Assembly: GCF_003057965.1 (NCBI RefSeq)
Contig: NZ_CP020921.1
Coordinates: 456,100-514,915 of the forward strand
Origin: Thermodesulfobium acidiphilum
GTDB lineage: Bacteria; Thermodesulfobiota; Thermodesulfobiia; Thermodesulfobiales; Thermodesulfobiaceae
DNA length: 58,816 bases
Direction of reading: 5' to 3'
In this document: in pieces, positions 57,686-58,816 of the stretch
How positions within the stretch are numbered: the first letter of the stretch is position 1
How the letters are laid out: every line of letters begins with the position of its first letter
Translations under genes and position numbers: made by a program
The notes under the pieces: model-generated
What the model saw: the letters and a program-made list of their open reading frames with translations, nothing else
Database searches by the model: none
Told to the model about the DNA's origin: nothing

Positions 57686-58816
57686 ATGAGATGGTTTTTG
57701 AGGGTGTGTCTTTTTCTGTTTTTTCTATTTATTTCTGTAATTTCTTACGCTTCTGATAAACCCGCTCTTGTTAATATAGGCACAAATAATCAGGATACAT
57801 ATGATGAATTGACTCTTACCTTTTCAGGGCCAATAGATTTGAACAGCGTTAGTGAAGAAAGACTTAATTATCCTGACTGCATAAAATTTACTTTTAAAAA
57901 TGTAAATCTTTCTCTAAAACCAGGACAAAAGATTTTTGCTGATCTTACAAAAATTGATTATCTTTCTTATTATGTTATTCCAGAAGGAGTAGAACTCTAT
58001 GCATATCTTAGAGATCCAGATACGAGTGTAAGCATTCAAAAAACTGCAGACAATGTTTTGGAATTGAAGTTTCAGTCTAAAGAAGTTAGCAAATCTGAGC
58101 AAATTAACTCCTCGAAAAACGAAAATATGGAAAGCAAATCATCAAATCAAAATGTTTCGAGTTCTGAAAGTGTAAACAGTTTAGATTCAGGCCTTTATCC
58201 AAGGGGATTTAATTTATCAAGTTTTAAATCGCAATCTAATAATACACAAAACGAGAATAGCAATAACTACCAAACTGATAACTCTCCTATGATCTCTTAT
58301 ATGGCTTTTAAGGGGGCCGATATAAGAGATGTTCTGGCGACTCTGGCAAGGCTAGGGGGATACAATTTAATTGCTGCTGATTCTGTTAAAGGATCAGTTA
58401 CTGTGGATTTAAAGAATATAAGCGTTGATGATGCAATTAAGCTTGTTACGAAAATTAACAACTTTTCGATGCAAAAAGTTGGCAACGTTCTCGTAATAGG
58501 TACCGATAAGGATCTTAGTAATTTTGGCGTTATTAGAGTTTATAAATTATATAATGTGGGTAATAAGACGATAATAGAGACTTCTAGCTCAGCGACTGCT
58601 GGCGGTAGCAGTGGAGGAGGGGCTTCAGGGTTAACTATAAATAAAGTAACTACTATGAGGCAGGGAGTTGATGTAGCTAAGCTTATTGCAGAGGGTATAG
58701 GTGCATCGTTTTCTTCCACAAAGATTGCATCTTCTTCTGGTGGAGGCGAGACAACTTCTACATCTAACACAAGTAACAGTTCTGGGAAGGTGCTCTATGA
58801 TGATAGAACAAATACA
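57686..58816 (+). CDS. pilQ: PilQ/GspD-type secretin, N-terminal part (runs off window; not in ORF track)
   Basis: Manual translation open to the window end: signal peptide MRWFLRVCLFLFFLFISVISYA, N0 domain FKGADIRDVLATLARLGGYNLI..DSVKGSVTV.L, ends GKVLYDDRTNT. Confidence 0.8.
   Translation, partial: MRWFLRVCLFLFFLFISVISYASDKPALVNIGTNNQDTYDELTLTFSGPIDLNSVSEERLNYPDCIKFTFKNVNLSLKPGQKIFADLTKIDYLSYYVIPEGVELYAYLRDPDTSVSIQKTADNVLELKFQSKEVSKSEQINSSKNENMESKSSNQNVSSSESVNSLDSGLYPRGFNLSSFKSQSNNTQNENSNNYQTDNSPMISYMAFKGADIRDVLATLARLGGYNLIAADSVKGSVTVDLKNISVDDAIKLVTKINNFSMQKVGNVLVIGTDKDLSNFGVIRVYKLYNVGNKTIIETSSSATAGGSSGGGASGLTINKVTTMRQGVDVAKLIAEGIGASFSSTKIASSSGGGETTSTSNTSNSSGKVLYDDRTNT

Overview
AT-rich bacterial chromosomal window, almost all on the + strand and mostly housekeeping. 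The organism is probably a diderm anaerobe of deep-branching Firmicutes type, Thermodesulfobium-like (my impression only). In order: a partial Gfo/Idh/MocA oxidoreductase; a NifV/LeuA-superfamily synthase with altered catalytic motifs; a four-subunit pyruvate:ferredoxin oxidoreductase (porCDAB); a TPP-riboswitch thiE-thiC-thiL operon; a fused str-S10-spc-alpha superoperon (rpsL to rplQ) lacking rpmD and adk; truA; rplM-rpsI followed by a serine-biosynthesis module and tcdA; speD; a kinase/AAA fusion; a DUF815 ATPase; an FmdB zinc-ribbon gene; a flavin oxidoreductase; rpmG-tRNA-Trp-secE-nusG-rplKA-L10 leader-rplJL with no rpoBC; an accessory block; a leucine T-box ilvBNC-leuA operon; and pilMNOPQ (pilQ truncated by the window end). 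The accessory block holds an aldo/keto reductase, an orphan ORF, a degenerate chemoreceptor, a vWA protein, a pseudokinase-PP2C fusion and a Zn-ribbon Ser/Thr kinase with recently duplicated Sel1 repeats. Best leads: (1) the receptor-vWA-PP2C-kinase operon as a possible undescribed signalling or defence system; (2) a probable selenocysteine UGA plus SECIS hairpin in the FmdB gene; (3) the catalytically altered NifV-like enzyme. Family calls come from motif recognition by eye; no searches were run.
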